A DNA stretch of 64,000 nt from a virus. Positions 30,527-43,181 of the stretch are shown here, one piece after another. The notes below the pieces were generated by a model. It was not told the DNA's origin and searched no databases. It worked only from the letters and a program-made list of their open reading frames with translations. The stretch covers positions 35,276 through 99,275 of the IMG/VR virus record IMGVR_UViG_3300036820_000006; one strand, written 5' to 3'. A program made the position numbers and the translations under genes. Within the stretch, counting starts at the first letter, position 1, and each line of letters starts with the position of its first letter.

Positions 30527-30555
30527 GTTATACTATCTTGTGCTACCATTGTCAA
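30527..30555 (-). promoter_or_regulatory. Sigma70-type promoter
   Basis: TTGACA-17 bp-TATAAC. Confidence 0.7.
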
Positions 30556-31330
30556 GCTGACGGTGGCATGCTAGGCTGCTGTGCATGCCTGAATACCATG
30601 ACCTGCCTGACCGGCTGCCCCCGTCCGCTGCTGAAGCGCTGCAAGAGCTGCTGAACCAAGCGCGCCCGGCGATTCAAATCAACCCTGGGGGCGTAGCACG
30701 ATTCACGATTACGCTGGACCCGGATATCGTGCTGGCGTGCCAGGATCGCGCGCAGGCTTTCAATATGACGTTGGAAGAGTGGGTGCAACAGGCGGCGGCG
30801 GAGGGGTTGAGGATGCAGCTGGGGATTTAGCTCAGTCCACATCATCGGCGCGCACGCGATCTTCCCACGACATCACTTCTATATCGCTCGCTCGCAAACC
30901 CGCTTGTGCAGCGTATTCCTCAGGCGAGTTGTAACGATTCTTATCTTCGCGACAGTCCCCGTTCCAGCTCCAACGGTGGTAGCAGCTGCAAATGCCGCAT
31001 TCGTAAATGGTCAGTTCAGGCATTTCTTTTTTCCCCCTCACGCTCGAACCATGCATCGGCTTCTTCACTACTCCCGTCGAATTCACCATTCATGGCGCGC
31101 TGAACAATATCTTTGAGTCCGTAACGGCACGCGTCATTGACTAAATCCACAATAGGGGTAGCGGACTCACTCTCATAATCGTCATAACCGCCATCACGAG
31201 CGCGTTGGATCATGGCGGCAGGCGCACCGGCTGTAGTGAGCGCTACGGCTAACTTTTCCTTAGTAGGTTGACTGGGCATTGCAGATTCCCCTTCCTCCAA
31301 CTTTCCCTTCAGTGCTATGCTGCTGCTGCC

Positions 31331-31687
31331 ATGGCAACTTCTAACCGTTGGTCGCTGGGAACGATGTACGGAGGGGGTTTCGTTGGAAACCAACCCTTTT
31401 ACTTCCAGCCCGGAGGCGCGTTCACCCAAGTGTTCCCTGCGCAGCCTCAAGGTGAGGCGTGGCCGGATTGGCCCGCCGCTGGAATCATCCCATACAGCTT
31501 TGGCGCTTGGTGGATACCTGGATGTTTGCACCATATTGATGTATGGACCGTGATCCGCGAGTTTGATTACGATACGAACCAATCCTGTGCATTGGTCTGT
31601 TGTAGGGTTTGTTTGTACTGTCAGAATGTCATCATTCCCTTTGAAGACTGGCTTAATCCTGACCAAAGGGCCGTCATCGTCGGATGA
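31331..31687 (+). CDS. Aromatic/Cys-rich hypothetical protein
   Basis: ORF with GCLH and CCRVCLYC, oriented against its neighbours. Confidence 0.45.
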   Translation: MATSNRWSLGTMYGGGFVGNQPFYFQPGGAFTQVFPAQPQGEAWPDWPAAGIIPYSFGAWWIPGCLHHIDVWTVIREFDYDTNQSCALVCCRVCLYCQNVIIPFEDWLNPDQRAVIVG

Positions 31688-31978
31688 TATAGCCATGTTG
31701 AATCTCTGCCTGTCTACGAACTTTGCGGGCTTGTTGGAAATCGTCGTAATAGCCAAGATTCTCACGTTTGCGATTGACTTGGATATAGGCGAACCACTTG
31801 CCCGCAACTTTATGCCATGAAACCCCCGGTACGCCGCTTGTATTGTTCGCACCCGTCGATTACGGCAGTTGATTACGCCCGTCACGACGCGCAGGTTCAC
31901 TCGCCGGTTATCGAGTGAGTTTCCGTTGAGATGGTCTACCTCCCTACTCTTTGGGGGCTTCATCAAACTGCGCGCCAT
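31674..31978 (-). pseudogene. HNH-AP2 endonuclease remnant with a frameshift in a G run near 31823-31827
   Basis: VDHLNGNSLDNRRVNLR...YRG continues in another frame as VSWHKVAGKWFAYIQVN...LGYY. Confidence 0.7.
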
Positions 31979-32001
31979 ACAGACTCGCTTTTCGTGCTAA
32001 T

Positions 32002-35000
32002 TCAGTTCGCCTGCGCTCGTTCCTCTCCCTCCCTCTTATCCATATCAGCAATCTCCTTAGCAGTCGCAGGCCGCGCCTGCACAAACGGTAGATGCATAAA
32101 TTTCTCCATGAATTCCTCTTGTGTGCCTTCATTCAGCACTTCAGTAAGAGGGCCATCCGCGCCCACGCCGAGCAAGCTATTGGCTACTCTACGTATCAAT
32201 GCAATCACATGCTCGCGCGTGCTGTGGACGGTCATGGTGTACCAGTTCTTTTCGTCTTTAGAATCGAAGAATTTGTCATCCTTGTGGTAACGGAAGCGAT
32301 AGTCGAGTTGGTAGAGCCTGCCGGGTTCAAGCTCAGTAGCGGCGGCCAGCCAGTCTTGTTTGGGTTGGATTGGCATGAACCAGATGCCGATTGTTTGCTC
32401 GGTCATGGTTATCATTGCTGTGGCTCCTTTGTGGAAACTGGAAGTTGGCTATGCAGTAGCAACACAGCCCTCATAATGCGTTGTAGCGTGCGACGCAGGT
32501 CGTCTGGCAAGGTGGCTAAGTCCACAGGCGCGAGTTTATGCTTCTTGTCGAATTGCAGAGGAGTCGCGCATTCAATGCCAAACGGTACAGTCGCCCGGCT
32601 TGGGACCGGAGGTAGATTCTAGTGGGTCCGCATTAGAGGCCGCGTCGAGCTTATGCCCACAGTTCGGGCAGAGTTGCAGCTTGAGTTTATGAGTTGACAT
32701 CTGGTTCTCCCCTTCACGTTATCCCTCATGTGGAATAGTTATATTCGTGGCTGCTACTGCCATGCCCGCCGCCGCCGTGCTCGGCGCTATTCAACAGCGC
32801 CGCAATACCAAACAGCAGCGCCAGCACCAAGCCAAGCGCCAGCAATGGCTTGCATATTCCCCATAGCCACAGCGGCAGGCTAGATTCTTCGCGCAGGAAT
32901 TGCTTCAGCGCCTGCTCGCGATTGATCTGGTCATGGTGGGTCATGCGGAAGCCTCCTTGCGCGGCTTGTAGCCCGCCATCTCATACGCACGCTGCTTTGT
33001 CCAGCAGTACGAATTGCTTCGGGCGCTCGTCTTCAGGATCAGTGAACACGGCGAACTCGTCCGCGTCGTAAGCGAGCGCGGCAGCTTCGAACGCGCCGTT
33101 ATCGACAATGCAGATAAGCGCTTTGTCGGCGGGGATATCGTTGAAAGATTCTGGCTGCGCGATTAGCTTGCCGTTGTGCCGCGTTGCGATAATGCGCGCT
33201 TTATCGTGGTCGCTGCCGGGGGTTTGAATGTAGTATCCCACAAGGGTTTATCTCCTTTTTTGGATTGCGATGCGATGCGATGCGTTACGCGGCGCTGCGA
33301 TGCGATGCGATGCGCTATGACAAGAAGCGACACAGTATGAAACGGTACTAAGCGCTACGTAGCCGCACGCTAAGGTTATGAAGAAGTTGAAGTTTTGGCT
33401 TTCTGAACTTTTTGAGCGAGCTTGCTGGCATCGAACCCTAGCTCGAATGGCTGCTCGCGGGTGATTTTTTCCACGCGTATGAATTCGACTTGTTTCATCG
33501 CTACGATGCCGTAGTCACGTAAACGCTCCAGTATTTCGCGCTTAGTGGGAAGCTTGGCAAAGCGCCACGTCGCGGGATACCACCACGTAATTACGGATAC
33601 ATAATGCCCACTACGGCACTGGTTGTAACCCGCTTGAAAGCGTAGCTCATAAGTGACTTGGCAGCATTCGCGCGAGCCTGCAGTGGTGTTGGTAGATGGC
33701 ATAGTGCCGTGCGCCTCCTTAGTTCCGCCTTAGTTCATCTTGCTCAAATCGGTTTCCTTGCCTACTGGAATCAGTGTTGCGCGGCCATGCTTGGAATCGA
33801 CTGAAATTGGCCCGCGCTGGCCGGTTGCGGCGGCTTTGATGGCGGCGGTAATGCTCGCGCCGATCTCGTCAGCATGTTCGGCCAAGTCGCGCATGTTCGC
33901 GCCGCCGAAGCTAATGCTGCCTTGGCCCAAGCTATCAATGACGGTGAAGTCGGCGTCTATGGCAGCCGTAGCCGTAGCATCAGCGGCATCAGCGGCAGCA
34001 GAGTCAGTAGCACTAGCACCGCCCTCAGCGACCGCCCGCATCAGCTTATCAAGCGAGCGCTCCACTGAGCGTTCCACCCCCGCACCTCCACGAATTTGAT
34101 TGCCAGCCGCTGCCGCAGTCCACAGCGCATTCGCGCCGCCGCCGATGAATGTGTTGCGCAGCAAGGAAATCATAATGAGCATGTGCTCATCCGGGTCCGG
34201 CGTACTGCCAGCAGCTATAAGTGCGGCATCCGCAGCGCTCTGTGCGTTGATGGCTTTGTCCAGCTCGAATAGCATCTGCTTGATAAAAGCATCCATGCCG
34301 CGCTTAGCCAGCTCAGCAATGCGTTTGATTTCCGCGCCTGTGGCTTCATCGCTGACTTCTTCGTCTTTCTTGGGAATGTACATGATGAATGTGTACCCCT
34401 TCTGTATGAGTGCAAGTGCGAGTGAGTGACCGGTGGAGTGACCGGTGGAGTAGTGACTAAGCTAAAATTTATCTTGCTTGGTGAAGCCCGGCGAGATGCG
34501 CGGCTTTTCAACTTTGGTAGCTTGGAGCGCCGCGTAGTGTGCAATAGTGTCTACGCAGATGGCGATGATAAGGTCGCCGTCTGTGTCATAGAACTCCAGA
34601 AAACGGAACTTTTGCTGAGGCTGACCTGAGCAGCCTTGAACAACCGTGGTCGATCCGTCCGTGTGCGCGACGGTAAATGCGAATGTCAGTTGCGTGTAGG
34701 TGTAGGTGGTGTTCATTGCGTTGCGCCCTCCCTTGGCGCATGACCTTTTTTGTTGGCTAGGCGATCTCAAACCGTCCGATAAACTTCTCGCATTCTGCGC
34801 ACGAGATGTATAAAGCGCCTTTATAGAAGGCAGTCTGCGTTGCCGCCTCAGGATGACAGCGCGCGGTAAGGTAACATAGGCCCACTGTCGTGCTTGTGAT
34901 CGCAGTTAGGTGCGGCACAACCCATCCCGGCTAGGGTGTGCGCGCTGGTAGCATGTTTATCTCTGGCCCATGCAGTGTAGTCGATCATTTTTTGGCCTTT

Positions 35001-36571
35001 CCTCTTTGGCGCGCTATAGATGCGTGAGCGGGCAGAAAAGATTCATCAGCTAGCTAGGTTCGCTCGGCTGAGGTTCGTTGCCCGTCATGCTTGATGAAAT
35101 ATTCCCAGCGGTCACGGCAGGCACGAGCCATGCCTTTGTGGTCGCCTTTGCTCTGCGCTTTGTAATAACGCTGGCTGAATGGCTCCGGCCATCTCCCGGC
35201 GTTGCTGAATAAAGTTCCCAATGCTACCCGATAGGACTGCTCAGGCAACCGCAGTGCTTCAATGGCTTTCCTCACCCAGTTCGTGCACGGGTTGCACGCC
35301 ATGCGTCGGTACTCTTTGCGTGTAACCTGATCCCAAACTGCCCAGCCTGCTGCGCAGCAGGTCATGCCGCAGTCGTCTTTCTGGGGGAAATCGTTTTGGT
35401 CATAGAATTTCGGCTCCGCCATAATCGCAGCAGTCATGCGCCGGATGCGACGGATGCAAGTTGCGCTGAGATTGCGCTTGGCGCGAGTGCGCTCAGCTTT
35501 GGTTATCTGTGTTGTCATCTTCGTAATCCTCCCTCTTACTTGCCTCTTGCCTCGTACTGAGTATGCTCATCCGCCAGCGCGCCCGCATCGGGCACATGGG
35601 CTACAGCCATGTGCGCCACCTGCCAGCGCCTGCGCTGTGCAGTGTAGTAGCAAACGCTCGGTGCCTGCGCTCCGCAGAATGGGCAGCTGGTGCTGATCCC
35701 GTAACCTCTACCCGCGCGTCGTGCTGAAAAGATACTCAGCGCATTCGCGGGCAAACTGTTTTGCAGGAAGGTTAGCGACTTCTGCAATGTGGTAGAGTTC
35801 GTTTTCGAGCTTGCCGACAGTGTAGGCGACGAACGATGGCGGGATGGTTGAGGCATAAGAAGATGCTCCTTGGTGAGTGGGGTGGATAGTAGAGTTACTG
35901 GGGGCCGGTGCAGCCATGGCACGCTGGTGGCGCTGAGCCTGCTCAGCCGCTTTCTTGCCCCGCCATTGCGCTTTGTACTGAGCGGTGGAAGAATAGTATT
36001 GCTTTGGCTTCGCAGCGGGAGGCTTGGCAGCCTTGGCACTAGATGGCAACGGTGGCCATACTACAGCGCCGGGATAGAGCCTGCCCCGCTTAGCGAGCAA
36101 CTTAGCGGCTTTCTTTTGGGTGATGTAATACTGCCCCTCTGGAAGCGCCGGACGAACGCCATACGCACGTTTGCCGCTAGTAGGCACAGGAGTCGCTGCC
36201 GTCGTCGCTGCCGCCAGCTTCTTAGCTGCAAGCTTACGAGCGCGCTTCTGCTGTGCCTTCTGCGCAATGCGGCTACGCTCAGCCTTACTCAGCTCAGTGA
36301 TCCCTTGCGCGCGCCGCGCCTGCCCAACTAGGGACTTCTTGCCAGGAATGCCGTGCGCGAACCACTTGTGCTTGCCCAGCTGGGTAGGCGACACATGCGC
36401 GAAGGTGCAACCGGGATAATCGCAAGCGCCTGCGAGTGTAGGTGAGTAGGCCGAGGTAACGTCGGCTACGGCGTCAGCGTCGTCGTTGGCGGCGTCGGCT
36501 ACGGCCTCAGGAACGGCCACGACATCCTGTATCGCTGCCGTGCTCTCTGGATTGAATATGCTGTAATCCAT
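32002..36571 (-). other. Run of hypothetical early/middle genes (32002-32415, 32726-32944, 32981-33241, 33376-33702, 33730-34383, 35054-35518, 35708-36571)
   Basis: Co-oriented ORFs with SD motifs. 35708-36571 has a C2H2 zinc finger (CDYPGC...HKWFAH) and a Lys/Ala-rich region. Confidence 0.6.
33267..33376 (-). ncRNA. Pentamer array D: 22 x (NN-CGY)
   Basis: gcgat x3 gcgtt acgcg gcgct gcgat x3 gcgct atgac aagaa gcgac acagt atgaa acggt actaa gcgct acgta gccgc acgct aaggt. Fills the intergenic gap. Confidence 0.8.
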
Positions 36572-36617
36572 TGTTGTAACTCCCTTTCCCTACTGGTTGA
36601 TCTGGCGTTAGTTTGGC

Positions 36618-37229
36618 TCAGTCGCGTACGGCAACCTGCTTGATATAGCGAGCAGGCACTTCGCGCAGCAACAGTTGAGTGTTGTCGTTACCGAGGAAGC
36701 TGAAACTCGGAGGCAACGTGAGCTTGAGCAGCGCAGGCTTGGCATTAGCTACAATCGGCGCGTTAGCCAGCTTGAGTACGCGCGGAAATCCCTCCCAGCG
36801 TGATGGAATATAAGTGCCCGGCTTGGCTTGGAGATAAGCACAGCGCTGCATCGCAAACACGCCAGCCTCTTCAGCAGTAAACGCGGCGAATACTGCATCA
36901 GAAACATCTTCCTTGCGCGGGTCCCACACGCCATCGCGCGGGGAGATAACGTTGACCTGCCATTTGAGCGCAGGCTTCGCGCTCAAGCCGTCACGCAGGA
37001 TCGCTGTAGCGCTATGCTCAGTGGTGCCATGCCATGCGATGATGTGGCCACGCGTGCCGGTCTCAAGCTGGGCTGGGCGTTCGACCTGCATAAGCGCCAA
37101 CTTCTGCACCGTGCTCAAATTGCCGGTTGCGAATACAGCACGCGGATCGCGAAGCGCTTCCAGCGGTAGCATGATCTCGTGCGCGCCGTTATATAAAACT
37201 GCCATATCGCGTCTCAAAGCTCCTTCCAA
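36618..37229 (-). CDS. Putative ADP-ribosyltransferase-fold protein
   Basis: AWHGT....A..I...GL and later VFAA...A..FA...VPARYI pattern. Confidence 0.5.
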   Translation of the reverse strand: MEGALRRDMAVLYNGAHEIMLPLEALRDPRAVFATGNLSTVQKLALMQVERPAQLETGTRGHIIAWHGTTEHSATAILRDGLSAKPALKWQVNVISPRDGVWDPRKEDVSDAVFAAFTAEEAGVFAMQRCAYLQAKPGTYIPSRWEGFPRVLKLANAPIVANAKPALLKLTLPPSFSFLGNDNTQLLLREVPARYIKQVAVRD

Positions 37230-40193
37230 GTGAAATAACCGGCATCGTGATGCAGCTTGAAGCTCACGGCCTCGATCAGTTCCTGCGGCGACATCTTGGT
37301 GCGCACACCGCGAAACCTCGTATCGACCGAGAGATTGAATAAGGCTGCTACCTTATCGCGAATTGAGTGCGCGCCTTCACTGTCAAAGTAGAGAACGTCC
37401 AGCACCGCGTTGTGCGCGCGACGAGTAGTGCGGCGACGGATGGTATACAGCATCGTGCCGGGGCGCAGCTGAAGCAGCTGATTGATGGCTTCAGCTGCCT
37501 TGGCCGCTTTCGCCGCGTCGCGCATGTGGCTTGAGTTATTCGGTGTGTTATTCATTGTTCGTTCCCATATACAAAAGGTCGCAGAACAAGCTGGCATGCT
37601 CTACCGTGTCGGTGTAGCGGTTGGAAAGTTCCCAGTGCAGCAGCAGCTTCGCCAAGAACAGAATGAGGGTGACTCCAGCCAGAATCCACAGCTTCTTGCG
37701 CAGATACTGCTTCAGTTTGAGGTGCGTGCGCAGCTTGGCGGGGATGGGAGCAACCGACAGGTGCAGCTTGCCAAGCTTGCCAATAAGCAGGTGCAGCTTC
37801 TTCTCGCTCATGTGACCCTCCGGGTCGAACCAGCTAAGGTAAGCTGGGGCCTCTGGGATGGTTTGCCGCGAAGCAAACGGTTGCGGGTGATGCGCCTTGA
37901 AGAGAGGCGTTAGGAATTGCTATGTTGAAGTTGTTGCTGCGTTGAAGCGGGGAATAGATGCACAAGCTGAGGAAATGGATTCATATTCCATAGGGTTCCA
38001 TAGGGGTCATATTCTCATTCCCATTCCCATTCCCATTCACAAACCCCAGCCCGGCCCGCTGAATATGGGCAGATAGCTAAGCGCCAGAATCGTGCCTATG
38101 ATGGCGATGCTCGCCCACAGCGGCAGCAATGGTTTGCTGTCGGCGTAAGGATCGTTCCCGTCCCGGTTCCTGCATGATGTATCCATTGTCGGAGTCTCCC
38201 TTCTCCTAAGGATGTAATAAGGTGTACCAAGGTAGCGCAGGAGTTGTCAAGCGGAATTTTTGGACTGCAAAATTTCAGCCTGCAAATCTTCGCTCCAGTC
38301 GTTCACGCGAGTGACCCAGCTCGCAATCTGCTCGGTCTGCTTGGCGTCAACAGGAATCCCCAGTGAGCGCTGCACAAGGAACACAATTCCTTGCATCGCA
38401 AGGGATTGAAAGCTGCGAGTGATGAGTTTAGATTTTGTCATTTTGGTGTCTCACATACTTCCCAGTGGCCGACTGTGTTGCCGTTGAGGTCACGAATGAG
38501 TTGGGTTGCTGAGGAGAGTAATGAAAAATTGCCGTTGCTTTCCTCAGTGTATTGAGCTATACCCTCAAACTTGTTCGCTACCTTACGCAAAACCGTGGCG
38601 ACATCTTCAGCGGTCTGGCATCGCCTCATTGCCAAGTTCAATCGTCAGCGTGAATTGCATAGCTAGCCTCCTCCTCAGCATTCAGAATCAGTAATAGCTG
38701 CATCAATGACAAACTCGTCGTGCCACGGTAGCCGAATAGTGTCTTTCCGTGATGAACCGCAATGAAGCTCCTGCGCAACCAAAGCAGCCAGTTCAGGTCG
38801 CTCAGAGAAGAGTAATGTCTATCTGCTGCTCAGTTGGTCTCGTGACGCCGAACCGGATTCCCTAGTCACTCTTTCTGCCCTCAAATGCTGGCTGCGCGGT
38901 TGCGTAGCCTTAGATGATCCAAGGTAGCAGAAAGATTCAACGGTCGTGATGCGACTTTACATAGGTAACGACTACGGCCGCAAGCAGTCCGATGAATCCC
39001 AGCGCCAGCGCGTCCATGAATCCTTGGATCATGCGGCCAGCTTGAGCGCCGGTTGCGCCTGCCGTGCCGGTTGCGCCTGCGCCGACCGTGGCAGCTTGTC
39101 ATAGTTGAAGGTCAGCCATGTACCCATGTGATTGCGCACTGAGTATGGCCTGCCTGCCTTGGCGGCTTCATTGATCGCGCGCAGGTGCTCCGCGCGCGCT
39201 TGCGCCAGCTCGAATATGTGAGTGGGACGGTGAATGTCGCGGGCCATTTCAGTCCTCTTTCGTTCTGCGCGCTAACCATGCCTGCACACGCTCAGGTGAT
39301 CCCCAACTATCTGCTGGAAGCTCGTTGTACATATAGCGAACGATATCGGGAAGCAAGTTGATGTTTATGAAATCGGCGCGGCCTACCGCTTCTGTGAGAT
39401 TGTTCTCTAGGCACGCCTGCAAAAATCCGCCGGTGGGGATGCGATGCTGCTGCACGTAGCGGTCAAAAGATGGCAGCAAGTGTTCGATTGTGGAATAGCT
39501 ATTGGTCATGCCGCCTCCTGCAACACAGCATCGTAAAGCGCGCGCGCGGCTGTTAGGCTTACACGCGCGCTGCCAGCGCTGCCAGCGCTGCTCGCCTGGC
39601 TCGACCGGCTGCGCAGCGGCAGCACCTCAGCTTCAGTACGGCCCCGCGCGCGTGCCTCCCATTTGCGCTTATCAAAGCGCGGGTTGAGCGCGCCCAGCGT
39701 ATACGCTAAGGTGTCTAGCTGATCCTGCACGAACCCGTTGCGGTTAGGGTTGGCGTTATGGCCGCGAATGGCATCGGCCAAGGCTTCCAGTTCAAATCTG
39801 CTTATGGACATTTTTTCAATCCTCCTTGTAGGCCCAGCGTGCGTCGCGCTTTATAACGCGCGGCCAACTCACGTCTCCTGTTCAGGGTGCCCATCAAAGG
39901 ACTGGCAATGAGATCAGCATTTTTTTTTTGTGGCCCCTTCACCACGTCCAAGTCCAAACGCCCGGCGCAAGCGCGCCTATCAGTACAGCAATGAGTGCTA
40001 CCAACACACCAGTACTGAATGTCAGAATCATTCCGCGCATAGCACGCCCATTCTGCGTAGGCGCGTTCGTGGCTGCTTCCGATCCCAGCCACAGGATTGC
40101 GAGCATTGCCAGCACGCCAGATAACACCATGATCTTTCCCGCAATGTGAATCGCTGACATCAGAACAACCTCCTTTGGTCGCGTTCGCGTGCT

Positions 40194-41000
40194 TCAATCT
40201 GCATCGCGCGCAGCCCATACCTCGTTGACAATGCGCTTGCCTTCATCGTCGAGATACGGGAACATATCGAAGCTCTTGCTGCTCATTCCTTCGTAAATGT
40301 CATCTTCGATCTGGCGTAGCGGATTGCCCCGGCGCGCTTGATTGCCGCTGCCGTCGCCCAGCTCTTGCACGAGGAATGCTTCGAGCAAGGTGCCGACTTG
40401 GTTAGCGTCCCATTCGTCTAAAGAATCGGTTAGGCCCGAGAACTTATAAGCATTCGCGCCGGTGTGTTCCCCACCCAGCCACGCATCCAGCGTGTTGGGG
40501 TAGTAGCTGTTGAAACCGTCATAACTGGTAAACTTCGCCGCGATCTGCTCATTCAACAACTGCATGCTGACACGCCGGAATATCTCCTGCACCGCTGCGC
40601 GCGAAACCGTGACGAAAATGCGGTCGGTCGTGAAGTTGTACTCGCGCGGCGATACCAACTCGCTGAACTCCAGCGCGAGGTCCAGCTTGGTTTCCGCTTT
40701 CACATACGCAGCAAAGTTCTCCGCATACTCTTTGGCATAGGCTGAGTAAGCTGCGGGCCAGCTCACATGCTCCCATAAATCCTCGCCCGGCTTGGTGACA
40801 GTGCGCTCGCCGTTGGCGTCGGGCGCGCCTACCAGTTCATATTGATCGCCTGAGTCGTCCTGGGTCAGCTGCTCTACTTGATTATCTAGCTCGCGCGAAT
40901 GCATCGACTCGTAGAACCCGCTGAATGGGAGGGTGGATTCTACTCGCGCGGAGTCAGGTTCAGGCTGCAGTTGCGATTGCAGTTGCGATTCAATTGTCAT
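40194..41000 (-). CDS. Conserved phage early protein
   Basis: LPFSGFYES and SPREYNFTTDRIF motifs. Acidic. Confidence 0.65.
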   Translation of the reverse strand: MTIESQLQSQLQPEPDSARVESTLPFSGFYESMHSRELDNQVEQLTQDDSGDQYELVGAPDANGERTVTKPGEDLWEHVSWPAAYSAYAKEYAENFAAYVKAETKLDLALEFSELVSPREYNFTTDRIFVTVSRAAVQEIFRRVSMQLLNEQIAAKFTSYDGFNSYYPNTLDAWLGGEHTGANAYKFSGLTDSLDEWDANQVGTLLEAFLVQELGDGSGNQARRGNPLRQIEDDIYEGMSSKSFDMFPYLDDEGKRIVNEVWAARDAD

Positions 41001-41379
41001 CGCTGCTCACCCTCGGTCTTTGTGCTGTCAGCGCTGTCATAGCAGCGTGCATTACTGCAGCCTTCTCAAACGCTGCCGCATAGGCCCGCGCGCGCTGTCC
41101 ACGGGGCTCGCCAATCACAATTGCGTCACCTACAATCACGTCGTAACCGTTGAACTTGTAGAATGCAGTAGCATTCGCGTTGGCGGGCAAGCCTTCCAGC
41201 TTGCCTTCTTCATTGATCCACATATCGCGCCCATCGAAAGTTTTGACAAGTTCAATCAGCCCGCCCACTACACCTTGCAGATAGGGCAGCGAATCCTTGC
41301 GCCCGCTAGGCGGCACTGTTACATGCTCAATGCGGCCATCGGTACGGTAGATGGTGCCGATGCGTTCACGTTTGCTCAT
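40990..41379 (-). CDS. DUF3846-like protein
   Basis: LQGVVGGLIE...WINEEGKLEGLPAN..AT...IVGDAIV. Confidence 0.8.
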   Translation of the reverse strand: MSKRERIGTIYRTDGRIEHVTVPPSGRKDSLPYLQGVVGGLIELVKTFDGRDMWINEEGKLEGLPANANATAFYKFNGYDVIVGDAIVIGEPRGQRARAYAAAFEKAAVMHAAMTALTAQRPRVSSDDN

Positions 41380-42362
41380 CTCTCACAGTCTCCAATCCTT
41401 GACATTGATCGCGTACAACTCTTCAAACCGCACCAAGTCAGCTTCGATAAGCTCCTGCTTGTACGCGGCGATGTTGCGCTCAAAATCGCTCACCGCGCCG
41501 ATGAACGCGCCAGATTCGTGTGCCGTGCTCGCGGTTTGCACGAATCCATCGGAGGTGATGCTTATCGGCGCGAGCAACTGGCCGCCGCGCACGCCATCTC
41601 TCGCGCCATAGTCATGCCCGATGATTGCGCCAACTAACGCGACCATCTGCGGGCTGAATCTGAATTTGGCTGGATTGACGCGCTCGGCAAATCCGGCGTC
41701 AATGCCAGCCTGCCCGGTTGGCTTGACTAATTCCGCCAGCTTCCAGCCTTGGGTCAGCTCCTGATCCACGCGGTAGCTCTGGCCCCGCCGCAACACATAC
41801 TGAGTACGGTTATGCGCGTTAGATAGCTCCTGCGCTTTCGCGATTGCGGTCTGCTTAGTCATTGCGCTCACTCTCTCCCTCTTACTGGAAAATCCAAAAG
41901 CGGCGAATAGATGCGCTACTCGCCGCTTTGGATTCATTTCATGGACGCGTCTCCGCTGCTTCCTCATGCTTTCTGATTGGTGTTCTTTGGTGTTCTTTAG
42001 GTGTATTACGATGCCGCTTAGATGCGCCACCTCGGTAAAAAGATTCATCGTTCCCGCTTGCTTGCTCAGTATTCCGCGACTGTGACATCTCCTAGCGCGA
42101 TCTCGCTCTCACCTGCGGTGCCCAGCTCTAGCTCAGTGGCTGCATTACTCTCCAGCGAGTCTAGCAGCGCATTGGCATCCATCTGCTGATAACCTTGCTC
42201 GCCGCGCTCGCTCGCGTCCTCTGGCTGAGGCGGAAGTTGGTGCAGCAACTGCGCAGCTGGATATTGCGATTCGTTCGTGCTGAATTTTGCCATGACGATT
42301 ATTACCTCCTAGGTGGATGGTTGATTGTTGATGAAATGTTGACTTGGATGTTGATGTGCGAC

Positions 42363-43181
42363 TCAGGCTGCCTGCTCTAGCGCATCCGCGCCAGCGTCAT
42401 CCGCAGCGCTAGCGCTGCTCGTCATGTTGCGCAAAGCCTCGCTAACCTCTTGGAACTGTTTAGGCACCGGCAAACCGCCGAGCGTCATCGATGCAAGCTC
42501 GCCCAAAGTTTCATCGGGCGTGGTCGCGGCGTAATTGCTGATACCTGACCGGATACTGCCTAAAACTCTGTCACCGCCGCCGCCGCTCTTGAGCATGTTG
42601 ACGAACGCCGCAGGATTCTTCCCATAATTGCCGACAAACATCTTTAGCGTCGCCACTGCAATGCCTTTTACCAGCGCGCCATTAGTAATCGCATTGAGTA
42701 CATGCCCGATCTCATGCCACGTAGCGAACTTGTAGTAGGTTTCCAGTGCTTCCAACTCCGTCGCGCCTGCGTCCAGCACGCGTTTGTATTGCGCTGCTGA
42801 TACATTGTTGACGCCATTCTGCTCTAAGCGGGCCGGTGTCAGCAGGGACCCAGCGGACATATTCACTTCAATCACAAGATTACGCGGGGGATACGCTATC
42901 GTAGCCATATCGCCATCCTTGGCTGCATTGGCAAACAAAATGCGTACATGCTTTTTGAATTGCGTAGTGAACTCAGGCGATAACGCGCTGGCGCTCACCG
43001 CTGCGACTACACCGCGCGCCTGCGCTACCGTGCGCTCGGTATAGTCTGAATCGACGGGTTCGGATGAGTCCGAACTGACTTTGGCTAAATCCTCGCTGGG
43101 AATGTCAGCCACGGTTATCAGTTGCAGGCCCGCGCCGGTGATAAGCGCGCGAACTTGGTCTTTGTAGTTCTGCTCTGCCAT
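42363..43181 (-). CDS. Zincin-like metallopeptidase domain protein
   Basis: WHEIGH plus ISNYAATTPDETLGE. Confidence 0.65.
   Translation of the reverse strand: MAEQNYKDQVRALITGAGLQLITVADIPSEDLAKVSSDSSEPVDSDYTERTVAQARGVVAAVSASALSPEFTTQFKKHVRILFANAAKDGDMATIAYPPRNLVIEVNMSAGSLLTPARLEQNGVNNVSAAQYKRVLDAGATELEALETYYKFATWHEIGHVLNAITNGALVKGIAVATLKMFVGNYGKNPAAFVNMLKSGGGGDRVLGSIRSGISNYAATTPDETLGELASMTLGGLPVPKQFQEVSEALRNMTSSASAADDAGADALEQAA

Noticed and set aside
30510-30549. Eight-unit period-5 tract (atact gtgtt atgct acgtt...)
   Set aside because: The dinucleotides barely vary (CT/TT), the triplets deviate, and it overlaps a promoter. More likely promoter or operator sequence.
31016-31978. 320-aa ORF as one gene
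   Set aside because: Artefactual join of a frameshifted HNH-AP2 remnant with a separate gene at 31016-31279.
38008-38038. CATTCC hexamer repeat and similar low-complexity runs (27399-27412 poly-C, 39920-39929 poly-T)
   Set aside because: Simple sequence with no variable information content.
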